Of a stretch of 64,000 nucleotides of DNA, positions 51,707 through 60,771 are shown piece after piece (positions within the stretch are counted from its first letter, which is position 1; every line of letters begins with the position of its first letter). A program made the translations under genes and the position numbers. The stretch covers positions 32,001-96,000 of the forward strand of contig CAWFJP010000003.1 in NCBI GenBank assembly GCA_963816145.1, read 5' to 3'. The notes under the pieces are model-generated. The model did not search any database and was not told where the DNA came from. It worked only from the letters and a program-made list of their open reading frames with translations. This stretch comes from an uncultured delta proteobacterium. Lineage in GTDB: Bacteria; Desulfobacterota; Binatia; UBA9968.

Positions 51707-52129
51707 ATGGCCGACGAAATCCAAGCCGTCGCTCAAGCGAACCAAGCTTTTTACCGTGCCTTTGAGACTCTTAAAATCGAGGCGATGGAACAAGTCTGGG
51801 CCAAAGACGCCGACATCCAGTGCGGTCATCCCGGCTGGTGCATCCTGCGCGGCTGGGGCCCGGTGATGGAGAGCTGGAAGCGGATCTTTGAAAACACGCC
51901 ATCGATGCAGTTCACTTTGACCGACGTGAATATCCAGGTGAGCGGCGAAGTTGCCTGGGTGACGCTCTATGAAAACTTGAACAGCTCGATCCAAGGGCAG
52001 AACTTCTCTGCGGCCATTCTGACCACCAACGTTTTCCAAAAAACTGCCGATGGTTGGCGCATGATCCTGCATCACGGCTCATCGGTTTCCCAGCCGATCG
52101 ATCAGGATGAGAGCAATACGGTGCATTGA
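51707..52129 (+). CDS. SnoaL/NTF2-like domain protein
   Basis: ANQAFYRAF, CGHPGW, WRMILHHGS. Confidence 0.88.
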   Translation: MADEIQAVAQANQAFYRAFETLKIEAMEQVWAKDADIQCGHPGWCILRGWGPVMESWKRIFENTPSMQFTLTDVNIQVSGEVAWVTLYENLNSSIQGQNFSAAILTTNVFQKTADGWRMILHHGSSVSQPIDQDESNTVH

Positions 52130-52163
52130 AGCCTACCCTAACTTTCGTCTACGGTCGTTCGAT

Positions 52164-52355
52164 ATGAATAGCTGGATTCGCCGCATTTTGGCTTCGCTAG
52201 CGATTATCCTCATTTTCGTCGCCTTTATGTTTTTCTATCCTGTCCTCTATAATTCGCTTGGGAGAATTTTGGCGATGTCGATGTGGTTGGTATTGATTTT
52301 CATGTGCGAGGTGCTTTGGAACTTTGTATGCGATAATTCAAAACGAAGTGAATGA
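52164..52355 (+). CDS. Small two-TM hypothetical protein
   Basis: Two hydrophobic helices; its stop overlaps the next start (ATGA). AT-richer than its neighbours. Confidence 0.45.
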   Translation: MNSWIRRILASLAIILIFVAFMFFYPVLYNSLGRILAMSMWLVLIFMCEVLWNFVCDNSKRSE

Positions 52356-53071
52356 ATGTGGTAACAAACTCTTTCGCAGGAAAAATCGCGTTGGTCACGG
52401 GTGCAGGGCGCGGCATCGGACGCACCATCGCGATGAGCCTCGCGAAGAACGGGTGCGAGATCTGCCTTACTGCCCGAAGCCTAGATCAGCTTGTCACTGT
52501 GCAGTCGGAGATTCAGGCTCTGGCTGTTAAAGCCAACGTAGTCCAAGCCGATCTCACCCGCGACGATGATCTGCATTCGTTGGTTCAAAGGTGCGGGCCG
52601 GTAGATATTCTCATCAACAACGCCGGTTGGGGCAAGCGCGCGCCGGTGGTCCGCTCGCGCGTCGACGACTGGGATCAAACCTTCCGGCTCAACCTGCGCG
52701 CGCCGATGATCCTCGCCAAAGAGTTTCTGCCGGCGATGATCAAGAAGGGAGATGGCGCGGTCATCAACATCGGCTCGGTGTCCGGCAAGAGCGGCGAAGC
52801 CAACGGCGCCGCGTACTCAGCGTCGAAGTTCGGCCTGATCGGCTTCACGCAATCCCTTTATGAAGAAGTCCGGGAGCATGGCATCAAAGTCGCGGTCATC
52901 TTGCCTGGCTTCGTCGACACGCCGATGATCCCGCCGGTGAAACATCTGGATCGTAGCAAGATGATTCAAGCGGAAGATGTCGCCCAAGCGGTGCTCTATG
53001 TGCTCGACGCGCCACCAACAGCGTGTCCGGTCGAAATCACGATCCGGCCGCAGCGGACACCGTATCGGTGA
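52352..53071 (+). CDS. Short-chain dehydrogenase/reductase
   Basis: TGAGRGIG, NNAG, YSASK, PGFVDT. Confidence 0.93.
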   Translation: MNVVTNSFAGKIALVTGAGRGIGRTIAMSLAKNGCEICLTARSLDQLVTVQSEIQALAVKANVVQADLTRDDDLHSLVQRCGPVDILINNAGWGKRAPVVRSRVDDWDQTFRLNLRAPMILAKEFLPAMIKKGDGAVINIGSVSGKSGEANGAAYSASKFGLIGFTQSLYEEVREHGIKVAVILPGFVDTPMIPPVKHLDRSKMIQAEDVAQAVLYVLDAPPTACPVEITIRPQRTPYR

Positions 53072-53375
53072 TGGAAAAGGGTTGGCTCGGCATGACGCAG
53101 TAGTTTCAGCGCGTCCGTTCGTCCAATCGTGGGCGCCGTCAGGGTTTCCGACGCAGACCATCGGCTTTGCGCGGGTACGAAATGTTACGCACCATGGATT
53201 CGCTTGGCTCAACCATCCGACGGGACAGCTTTAGGCGTGCAACAGGGCGTGGGTGATGCGCCCGTAAAGCGACAGCATATCGCCGTTGACTCCTACCTTC
53301 GCGATTTGACAGGAAAAATCAGAAACTGTAACCCTATTGGAAAGAAATTTTAAAGTTATTTGTGGAGGAGATCCG

Positions 53376-54441
53376 ATGGCCATGATCGATGCCGACACTC
53401 ACGTCGATGAGTGCGAAGAGACTTGGAAAAAGTTGGAGGGTACGCCGTACGCCAAGTACATTCCGGTGACCACCACGATGCCGCCCGATGAGGCCAAGCG
53501 AGCCGGATACAATGCGACTAATAGCCGCTGCTGGGTGGTCGAAGGCCGGCTGCAGAACCGCGCCATCCGTGATGATATCAATCATCCGCTCCGAGTCTTC
53601 CGCGAACTTGAAGATGTGCCCGGCCGGGTCGCGCATATGGACAAGATGGGGGTGGCGGTGCAGGTCATCTTCCCGACATTTTTCATTCGCTACAATACCG
53701 GTAACGCCGAAGCCGAGTGGGCGTTGACCACGACTTACAACCGCTGGCTGGCCGAGAAATGCGCGCCGACCAACGGCCGGTTGCGCTGGGCCGCGGTGCT
53801 GCCGCTCCTGAGTCCCGACAGAGCGGTAACGGAGTTACGCTGGGCAAAAGAGCATGGCGCCTGCGGCATCTTCAAACGCGGCTTCGACCTTGACCGCTAT
53901 GTGACCGATGCCGCACTTCTTTCCAGTTTATGAAGAAGCCAGCGCCCTCGATCTGCCGCTGTGCATCCACACCGGCCACCCGCTGCCTGGCCATGAATGG
54001 GATCGCGGGTTTCCGATCATGTACTCCTGCGGCGCAGTGGTTAGCTCCGGCATCGCCAAGCAGTTTCCCAAGCTAAGATTTGGCTTCATTGAGTCGGGAG
54101 CGTCGTGGATTCCTTATACGATCTCCCAGTTGGGGGCGGTAAAACGCCAATCGCTGCGCGGTAAAGCAACGCGCTTGCCCAACCTTTACGAATTGGAACC
54201 GGATATGTTCCGCGCCAACCGGTTGTTCGTCACCATCGACCCCATCGATGATATCGAGTCGATTCTAAAGTTCGGCACCGAAGACAACTTGATGATCGGC
54301 ACAGACTACAGTCACACCGATATCTCGGCCAACCTGAGCGCGCTCGACGAGGTCAAGGGCTGGGTCGACGAAGGCCGGATCAACAACACCCAGGCGAAAA
54401 AGATTCTCGAGACCAACTCCAAGGAGTTCTACCGGCTGTAA
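53376..54441 (+). pseudogene. Amidohydrolase_2-family protein split by a +1 frameshift near 53910 (real lesion or assembly error)
   Basis: IDADTH, YNRWLAE, then LPLCIHTGH, FPKLRFGFIESG, GTDYSH. Deleting G53910 gives VTDPHFFPVYEEA. GGAGGAG RBS. Confidence 0.82.
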
Positions 54442-54547
54442 AGAAAGAGATTTCGGAAACGGATTATTCCCGCAAAGGCGCAAAGACACCAAGGTAGGAA
54501 GAGGCTAAGGCAGCACAACGCAGACTGGATAAGGCGCGGCGAGAATT

Positions 54548-54631
54548 CGTCATGCCGGTGAAAACCGGCATCCATCTTCGACTTTGGCGCACCGATGATA
54601 GCCCTGAATTCCGGCCTGCGCCGGAATGACG
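54548..54631. repeat. CGTCATGCCGG...CCGGAATGACG REP-like doublet
   Basis: Closely similar to the element at 49896, including the internal CATCTTCG; between convergent genes. Confidence 0.75.
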
Positions 54632-54701
54632 GAGGGAGGCGTCAGCTGTCAGTCAATGATTTCTGAGCCCCCTAGCTTGGAACCAAGGCGGTTCATTCCG
54701 A

Positions 54702-55379
54702 TTAGGCACAGAGCTGCGCTAGACGGGTCAGTTCCACTTCCTCGAGGCTATTTACGATGCTGTCGGCGTCTCGTAGCAGCTCGGCCGGATGCGAGTTGGT
54801 GACCGCCAGACATTTCATGCCGGCCCGCCGGGCGCCTTTGATGCCTTCTTTGGAATCCTCGATGACAACGCATTCGCTGGCATGAATGGCATCGTTATTT
54901 TGCGCATTCAACGTTGCCAGCGCTTTGAGATAGATATCGGGCTCGGGTTTACCCCGTTCGATATCCTCGGCGCTGACGATGGCTTTGAAGTGATGAATTA
55001 AGCCGACGGTGGTAAGGATGGTTTCAATCTCGTGGCGCAGGGCGCCGGATGCGACCGCCAGCGGCAGGTTGTTGGCCAAATCGGCGACGAGTTCTTTCAC
55101 CCCCGGAAAGATCGCGACATGGTTGCGGATCGCTTCCTGGTAGTAGACCGCCTTGCGGTCAATTAATTCTGTCAGTTTTTCATGGTTTAACGGCCGGTTG
55201 TGTTCGCGATAGCCAAAACTGAAGGCGCCGCGGTCGTCGAAGCCTAGGTAGCGTGCATAGTAGGCCTCTTTGCTCAGATCGATGCCTTCCTCGGCAAAGA
55301 CCTTCTGGAACATTTCAAAGTGGATCGGCTCATCGTCGACGATGATGCCATTGAAGTCGAAAATAACCGCGCGCAGCAT
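54702..55379 (-). CDS. HAD-family phosphatase (beta-PGM-like)
   Basis: IFDFNG, VASGA, KPEPDIY, IEDS. Confidence 0.9.
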   Translation of the reverse strand: MLRAVIFDFNGIIVDDEPIHFEMFQKVFAEEGIDLSKEAYYARYLGFDDRGAFSFGYREHNRPLNHEKLTELIDRKAVYYQEAIRNHVAIFPGVKELVADLANNLPLAVASGALRHEIETILTTVGLIHHFKAIVSAEDIERGKPEPDIYLKALATLNAQNNDAIHASECVVIEDSKEGIKGARRAGMKCLAVTNSHPAELLRDADSIVNSLEEVELTRLAQLCA

Positions 55380-55438
55380 GATTCTAACGTACAGGATTCG
55401 TCTTTTGTTTCAACGCGATCTGCGCTAGAAAAGCATCT

Positions 55439-55990
55439 ATGGCAACAGATCATCATGAGGCGCACCACGCTGGCCACGGGCATGGCCATGTCGAGTATCG
55501 CTTCTGTCCTAAGTGCGGCGGCGGTTTGGATAAGAAGATCGTCAAAAGCAATGAGCCCCACCGGCTGGTCTGCCAGGCCTGTTCGTTCATTTTCTACCAA
55601 GATCCCAAGGTAGTTGCCGGCACCGTGTTTACTTTGAACGGCGGCATCGTCTTGCTCAAGCGCGGTGTCGAGCCGGCGTTGGGCAAGTGGGTGTTTCCCG
55701 GCGGCTACGTCGATCGCGGCGAGAGTGTCGCCGACGCCGCAGTGCGCGAGACCAAGGAAGAATGCCTGCTCGACGTAAAACTCGGCCCTTTGCTCAATGT
55801 CTACTCCTACGCCCGCTCACCCAACGTGATTGTGGTTTACACGGCTGAAGTTATTGGCGGGACGCTCACCGCCGCCGATGAGTCGACCGATGCCGCGGTC
55901 TTTGCGCCGACAGACTTGCCGTGGCATGAACTCGCCTTCGACAGCACCCAGGACGCGCTCAAGGATTATATTCGCGCGTACCTGAAATAG
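55439..55990 (+). CDS. NUDIX hydrolase with N-terminal zinc ribbon and His-rich leader
   Basis: FCPKCG...CQAC and the Nudix box GGYVDRGESVADAAVRETKEE. Confidence 0.92.
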   Translation: MATDHHEAHHAGHGHGHVEYRFCPKCGGGLDKKIVKSNEPHRLVCQACSFIFYQDPKVVAGTVFTLNGGIVLLKRGVEPALGKWVFPGGYVDRGESVADAAVRETKEECLLDVKLGPLLNVYSYARSPNVIVVYTAEVIGGTLTAADESTDAAVFAPTDLPWHELAFDSTQDALKDYIRAYLK

Positions 55991-55991
55991 G

Positions 55992-56173
55992 AAAATCCTC
56001 CTCGATCCCCCTTTGTCAAAGGAGGGATGAATTCGCAAATCAAAGCAACTCGATTAGAAGGCGTCTTGTCTGCGGCTTGCGACGACAAGAGAACGCGGCT
56101 TCGCCGAGGAGTGACAACCGCAATCGGGATCAGTACAATTTCCCGCTTCGAAAAAGATGGGTTAGGGAGATTT
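55992..56173. repeat. Degenerate TCCCCCTTT..AAAGGGGG-type inverted repeat pair
   Basis: AAATCCTCCTCGATCCCCCTTTGTCAAAGGAGGGA ... TCCCGCTTCGAAAAAGATGGGTTAGGGAGATTT. Confidence 0.55.
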
Positions 56174-56255
56174 CTGGATTGATGAAGCGCCATATAACGA
56201 AAGGCCCGCGAGCCTGAATGACGCTGCGGGCGTCGTTAAGTGAATGGGGATTGAG

Positions 56256-56564
56256 TTACCCTAAGTCAACCAGCACGTCGTCGCCTTCAACTTGAACTTC
56301 GTATTTCTCCGTCGGCAGGGCGGGGAGGAGTTCGTTTTCACCGGTGGTGACGTTGTAGCGCCAACCATGCCAGGGACAGATGACCGTGGTGCCGTCTATC
56401 TCACCTTCGGCCAGTGGACCGCCGCGGTGGCCGCAGACATCGTTGATCGCGTAGAATGTGCCGTCGATATTGAAGACGCCCACCGCCTTGCCGTTGATCT
56501 CTAAGCTTTTGCCGCAGCCGCCTTTGACATCGTCGGTTTTGCAGACTTTTACGAAATTGGCCAT
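56256..56564 (-). CDS. Rieske [2Fe-2S] ferredoxin
   Basis: CGH and CPWH Rieske ligand motifs. Confidence 0.94.
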   Translation of the reverse strand: MANFVKVCKTDDVKGGCGKSLEINGKAVGVFNIDGTFYAINDVCGHRGGPLAEGEIDGTTVICPWHGWRYNVTTGENELLPALPTEKYEVQVEGDDVLVDLG

Positions 56565-56627
56565 TGCCCAAGTTCCTTTCTGATCTGGAACAAATTTCCG
56601 CTTAATATACGGACTTGAAGCGTGGTT

Positions 56628-57716
56628 TCAAGGGGCGGGGTGACGAGTGGTGACAATCGGCCTCGTACTCACCGTCGCGCCGAATTCGCTGCCGTCGTGA
56701 TGCACCGACAACTTCGTGCCCGGTGTCCAGAAATCTTTGTTGACATAACCCAGGGCGATCGGTTTTTGGAGTGCAATCGAAGCCACCGAACTGGTGATTT
56801 GACCTATTTCCTTACCCCCCGCGCTGAGTTTGTCACCGGGACTTGCCGGCGTATCGCCTTCAACCAGCAGGCCGCAGAGCTTCTTATTGACATGACCGCG
56901 CGAACGGATGCGCTCGACGACCTCCTGGCCGAGATAACAGCCTTTATTGAAGCTTACGGCGTCGTCCAGAGCGACTTCGAGCAGCAAATAGTCTTCGGAA
57001 AAATCCACTCCATAGCGGGGGATGCCGGCTTCGACGCGCAAGGTATTCTGTGCCTGCGCGCCGACCCATGCTGCGCCCCGGTCGATCAACCGTTGGGCGA
57101 ATGCCGAAAGCTGTGCAGTTTGGACGATTAGATCGAAGCCATCGTAGCCGCTGCGGTCGGCGCGCACGACGCAGACCGGAGCGCCGTCGAACTGCACCAT
57201 ACCATGGTGATCGGGCTCTGCTGGCAGATCGGCATTACCAAAGACTTTCTCCAGGATCGCTCGCGCCCGCGGCCCCTGGAGCGACAGCATCTTCCACTGC
57301 TCATTGGGGTCGTGGATCTCCACCTCATCGGCGACCAGGTAGCGATTGAGATGAGTCAAAATCTTTTCTTTGAGCGGTTCCCAAAAATCCAAATAGAAAG
57401 AGTTCAACGAGCACAACACTCGGACATCGGCAATCACTTTGCCCTGCTGGGTGAGGATCGTCGCCTGCTGGCCGTCGAACATCTTCAGCGGTCGCAGATC
57501 GTTGGAGAGCATGCCTTGAAGATAAGACAGCCGATCGTCGCCTGTGAACTGAAGCATGGCGCGATTGGCGAGATCGAACAGACCAGCAAACTTGCCGACC
57601 GCTTGGTATTCGCGCGCCGGATCGCCGAAATGGTCCGGCAAGAGCCAACCATCTTGTTCGATGAATGCAGCCCCTTGGCGTTGCTGCAAATCGGAAAGGG
57701 TCGATCGCTTTGCCAT
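56628..57716 (-). CDS. Folate-binding protein, YgfZ/GcvT family
   Basis: GcvT fold with the YgfZ signature KGCYLGQE. Confidence 0.9.
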   Translation of the reverse strand: MAKRSTLSDLQQRQGAAFIEQDGWLLPDHFGDPAREYQAVGKFAGLFDLANRAMLQFTGDDRLSYLQGMLSNDLRPLKMFDGQQATILTQQGKVIADVRVLCSLNSFYLDFWEPLKEKILTHLNRYLVADEVEIHDPNEQWKMLSLQGPRARAILEKVFGNADLPAEPDHHGMVQFDGAPVCVVRADRSGYDGFDLIVQTAQLSAFAQRLIDRGAAWVGAQAQNTLRVEAGIPRYGVDFSEDYLLLEVALDDAVSFNKGCYLGQEVVERIRSRGHVNKKLCGLLVEGDTPASPGDKLSAGGKEIGQITSSVASIALQKPIALGYVNKDFWTPGTKLSVHHDGSEFGATVSTRPIVTTRHPAP

Positions 57717-57834
57717 TGCTGCGAATATATACCGTCAAGCGCTGCCGTTGACAATGCCAATTGCTGGCTTGCGATCATTGATAGATAGATTAGCGGTGTG
57801 ATAGACAGACAGTATCTTATTACGGAGGTGCTTC

Positions 57835-58302
57835 ATGGCAGGACTCGAAGGGCAAAAAGCGCCGGCGTTCACTCTCGCGGGGAGCGACGGCAAACAGCAT
57901 TCGCTGGCTGAGTACGCCGGCAAAAACGTTATTTTGTGGTTTTATCCGAAAGACGACACACCTGGCTGAACCAAGGAAGCGTGCGGGTTCCGCGACGCTA
58001 TCGATACTGTAACCAAAGCCAATACCGTGGTTGTCGGTGTCAGCCCGGATGGCATCGATTCGCACAATCAATTCATCAGCAAGTTTAACCTGCCCTTTGT
58101 TCTGCTCGCCGACCAGCAAAAAGAGACTATGAAGGCCTACGGTGCTTGGGGACCGCGCAAGAACGCCCAAGGCGAAGTATCGGAAGGGACGATCCGTTCG
58201 ACGGCATTGATCGGCGCCGACGGCACGATTAAGAAACACTGGATTCCCGTTACCGATGCCGGCGCTCACCCGGCGGAAGTTTTGGAATTCTTAAATAAAT
58301 AG
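57835..58302 (+). CDS. bcp: Selenocysteine-containing peroxiredoxin (BCP/PrxQ family), 155 aa, Sec45
   Basis: GGAGGTG RBS and ATG 57835 give MAGLEGQKAPAFTL...WFYPKDDTPG-[TGA 57967-57969]-TKEACGFRD..., in frame with the track ORF 58027..58302. The TGA sits at the peroxidatic Cys of TPGCTxEAC. Confidence 0.92.
57978..57999 (+). promoter_or_regulatory. Candidate bacterial SECIS hairpin 1
   Basis: AGCGT-GCGG-GTT-CCGC-(G)-ACGCT stem-loop; a G-initiated apical loop lies about 16-17 nt 3' of the UGA. Confidence 0.7.
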
Positions 58303-58316
58303 ATTTTCACTCCATC

Positions 58317-58361
58317 GCTCAGGGAGCGCTCCGTTCAATTCGCCGGTGGCGCTCCCTGAGC
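58317..58361. terminator. 13-bp GC-rich hairpin between the Sec-Prx and LysR genes
   Basis: GCTCAGGGAGCGC / GCGCTCCCTGAGC; there is no U-tract, so it may be a stability element rather than a terminator. Confidence 0.45.
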
Positions 58362-58380
58362 TACCCGCTTCACCTATTCC

Positions 58381-59289
58381 ATGGCCAAAGTCAAAGCCGA
58401 TCTTGATCTCCACAAACTAGAAATTTTCTACTGGGTGGCTGAACAGAAGAGTTTTTCTCAAGCTGCCGAATTGTTATCTCTGCGCCAGCCAACCATAAGT
58501 GCTCACGTGCAAGAACTCGAGAAGGCGGTGGGCGGCAAGCTGCTCTACCGCATGCCGGGGAAAGTCAGTCTGACGCCGCTCGGTCTCATGCTCGCCGAAC
58601 GGGCGAAGAATCTGCTCAGTTTCAAGCGCGAAACCATCGCCGCTGTGGAACAGTTTCACGGCACGCTTAGCGGCGAACTTTGGGTCGGTGGTAGCAGCAT
58701 TCCCGGTGAATATCTTTTGCCGCAGAAATTGGGCGAGTTCACCAAGAAGTATCCGAAGGTGAAACCGATCCTGCGCATCGGCGATTCCGCCGGTATCATT
58801 ACCGAACTGATCGAAGGGAAAGTCGAGATCGGCTTTGTCGGCTTTAAAGGCGACGATGGCCGGCTCACCTTCGAGAAGATCTGGGACGATGAAATGGTCG
58901 TGGCGGTACCCAAAGGTCACCCCTGGACCAGGCGTAAAGCCATCGAAGTCGCCGATCTGCGCAATGAAAAATTCATCTCACGCGAACATGGCTCGGGAAC
59001 TCTGGACTCCTTACGCCAATTGCTAGCCAAGCACAAACCACCCGGCGAGCTTTTGAACATCACCATGGAACTCGGTAGCACAGAGGCGGTCAAGGAAGCC
59101 CTGATGGCCGGTTACGGCTTTTCGATCTTATCGCGCATTTCGATCCAACACGAGTTAGCCGACGGCAACATCGTCGAGGTGCCCATCCGCGGCCTCAAGA
59201 TGGAGCGCGGCTTCTATCAAGTATTGCACAGCCGCCGGCCGCTCCATCCCATCGCGCAGACCTTTCGCGTCTTCCTCAAGACACAATAA
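58381..59289 (+). CDS. LysR-type regulator, CysL-like (resembles selenium-metabolism-associated LysR proteins)
   Basis: HTH SFSQAAELLSLRQPTISAHV; CysL-type motifs SSIPGEYLLP, GDS, REHGSGT, ELGSTEAVK. Confidence 0.88.
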   Translation: MAKVKADLDLHKLEIFYWVAEQKSFSQAAELLSLRQPTISAHVQELEKAVGGKLLYRMPGKVSLTPLGLMLAERAKNLLSFKRETIAAVEQFHGTLSGELWVGGSSIPGEYLLPQKLGEFTKKYPKVKPILRIGDSAGIITELIEGKVEIGFVGFKGDDGRLTFEKIWDDEMVVAVPKGHPWTRRKAIEVADLRNEKFISREHGSGTLDSLRQLLAKHKPPGELLNITMELGSTEAVKEALMAGYGFSILSRISIQHELADGNIVEVPIRGLKMERGFYQVLHSRRPLHPIAQTFRVFLKTQ

Positions 59290-59333
59290 TCGCGGCCAAT
59301 TTTTTCAGGAAAAATTTGCCTGCGGGCTCTTTC

Positions 59334-59348
59334 ATAGCTATTTCCTAT
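59334..59348. promoter_or_regulatory. Candidate LysR box (T-N11-A dyad)
   Basis: ATAG-CTATTTC-CTAT dyad about 40 nt upstream of the sulfoxide-synthase start. Confidence 0.5.
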
Positions 59349-59387
59349 TTAGTATATAGCTCAAATGAATTCGCGGAGGGCTGAGAC

Positions 59388-60746
59388 ATGGCACTGTCGC
59401 TGAAGAGCCGGGGACCGAGCGCCGCCGAGCAGTTGCGCGAGAGATTTGCCGCCGCTTGGGCTCGGTCAGATCAATTGTTCGCCATCGTGGGCGACGCGCA
59501 AACGTTGGCCAAGCCGATCGTTTGGCGCCATCCGTTTATTTTCTACATTGGCCATTTGCCGGCGTTCTCTTGGAACCAAGTGTGCGGCGGGATTCTCCAT
59601 TGGCCGTCGTTCAACAGCTATTTCGACGATCTGTTCTGCCGCGGCATCGACCCCGATGTCGACACTGGTGAATGCCATTGGCATCCCGAAGTACCGGACC
59701 AGTGGCCCACACTCGCAGAGACTGTTTATTATCGTGATCGGGTTCGCAGGGCGCTGCTCGATTCTACCGATGCGCTTGGCTATTGCCCTTCCACCGACCT
59801 GCTGGCTCAAGGCGGGCGCGTCTTCGAACTGATCTTGGAGCATGAGTACATGCACCAAGAGACCTTGATGTACATGATGCAACAGATGACGTCCGACGCT
59901 AAGCTCCGGCCGCGCAATTTTCCGCGCTATGCATTCGGACGAGCCGCAGCGAGGGAGACCGTACGGATTCCCGCGGGGAAAGCCCGTTTGGGGACGCGCT
60001 TCGATGAACTAACCTTCGGTTGGGATAATGAATTTTCCGAGATCACTGTGGACGTGGCTGGGTTCAAGATCGACAGTTTGCCGGTGACCAACGGCGAATT
60101 CTTTGAATTCGTCACTGTCGGCGCCTATGCCGATCCGCGCTATTGGCGCCCCGAGGACTGGCAGTGGAAGGAGCTGGAGCACAAACAGCATCCAACTTGC
60201 TGGCTCAAACAAACCGATTGCTGGTTTTATCGCGCCATGTTCGACATTTTGCCCCTCGAACAAGTGGCGAGCTGGCCGGTGTATGTGAGCCTGGCCGAAG
60301 CTCGCGCCTTTGCGAAGTGGCGCGGCCAACGTTTGCCGACGGAAGCCGAATATCAGCGCGCGGCCTATTACGGGCCCAGTGAACGTGAATCGACCTATCC
60401 GTGGGGTGATGGTGAGCCGAGTCCGCGCCACGGCAACTTTGACTTTGCCGCGTGGTCGGCCCATCCGGTCGGATCTCATCCCGCCGGAGCGAGCCGTTGG
60501 GGGGTGCAGGAGCTCATCGGCAATGGCTGGGAGCTGACCGACACACCGTTCGCGCCGCTGCCCGGATTCACGCCATACATGACGACCTATCCGGACTATT
60601 CGAAAGATTTTTTCGACGGCAAGCACTTTGTCGTCAAGGGCGCGTCATGGGCCACAGACAAGCAACTTTTGCGGCCAAGCTTTCGTAACTGGTACCAAGC
60701 CCACTATCCTTATGTGTTCGCCAAATTTCGCTGTGTCAGTGATTGA
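59388..60746 (+). CDS. Non-heme iron sulfoxide synthase family protein (DinB_2 + FGE-sulfatase; EgtB/Egt1/OvoA/SenA superfamily)
   Basis: RHPFIFYIGH (His56), RGIDPDVD, EHEYMHQE (His152, His156), FGWDNE, VTNGEF, RLPTEAE, GNGWE, FRNWYQ..YPY; GGAGG RBS. Confidence 0.9.
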   Translation: MALSLKSRGPSAAEQLRERFAAAWARSDQLFAIVGDAQTLAKPIVWRHPFIFYIGHLPAFSWNQVCGGILHWPSFNSYFDDLFCRGIDPDVDTGECHWHPEVPDQWPTLAETVYYRDRVRRALLDSTDALGYCPSTDLLAQGGRVFELILEHEYMHQETLMYMMQQMTSDAKLRPRNFPRYAFGRAAARETVRIPAGKARLGTRFDELTFGWDNEFSEITVDVAGFKIDSLPVTNGEFFEFVTVGAYADPRYWRPEDWQWKELEHKQHPTCWLKQTDCWFYRAMFDILPLEQVASWPVYVSLAEARAFAKWRGQRLPTEAEYQRAAYYGPSERESTYPWGDGEPSPRHGNFDFAAWSAHPVGSHPAGASRWGVQELIGNGWELTDTPFAPLPGFTPYMTTYPDYSKDFFDGKHFVVKGASWATDKQLLRPSFRNWYQAHYPYVFAKFRCVSD

Positions 60747-60771
60747 TATGGCCGGAGCGAAAGGAATCATC

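Noticed and set aside
57967-57969. Genome-wide UGA reassignment (code 4 or 25) as the explanation for the in-frame TGA
   Set aside because: Many intact genes here end in TGA (for example the NRPS, the pfkB kinase and the synthase), and the in-frame TGAs occur only at a catalytic Cys position.
57820-58269. 149-aa minus-strand ORF over Sec-Prx 1
   Set aside because: It is an antisense shadow. The plus strand carries the clear BCP homology.
58027-58302. ORF-track starts at 58027 and 62094 for the two peroxiredoxins
   Set aside because: They lack the active site and an RBS. The upstream in-frame ATGs have strong RBSs and encode the BCP N-terminus.
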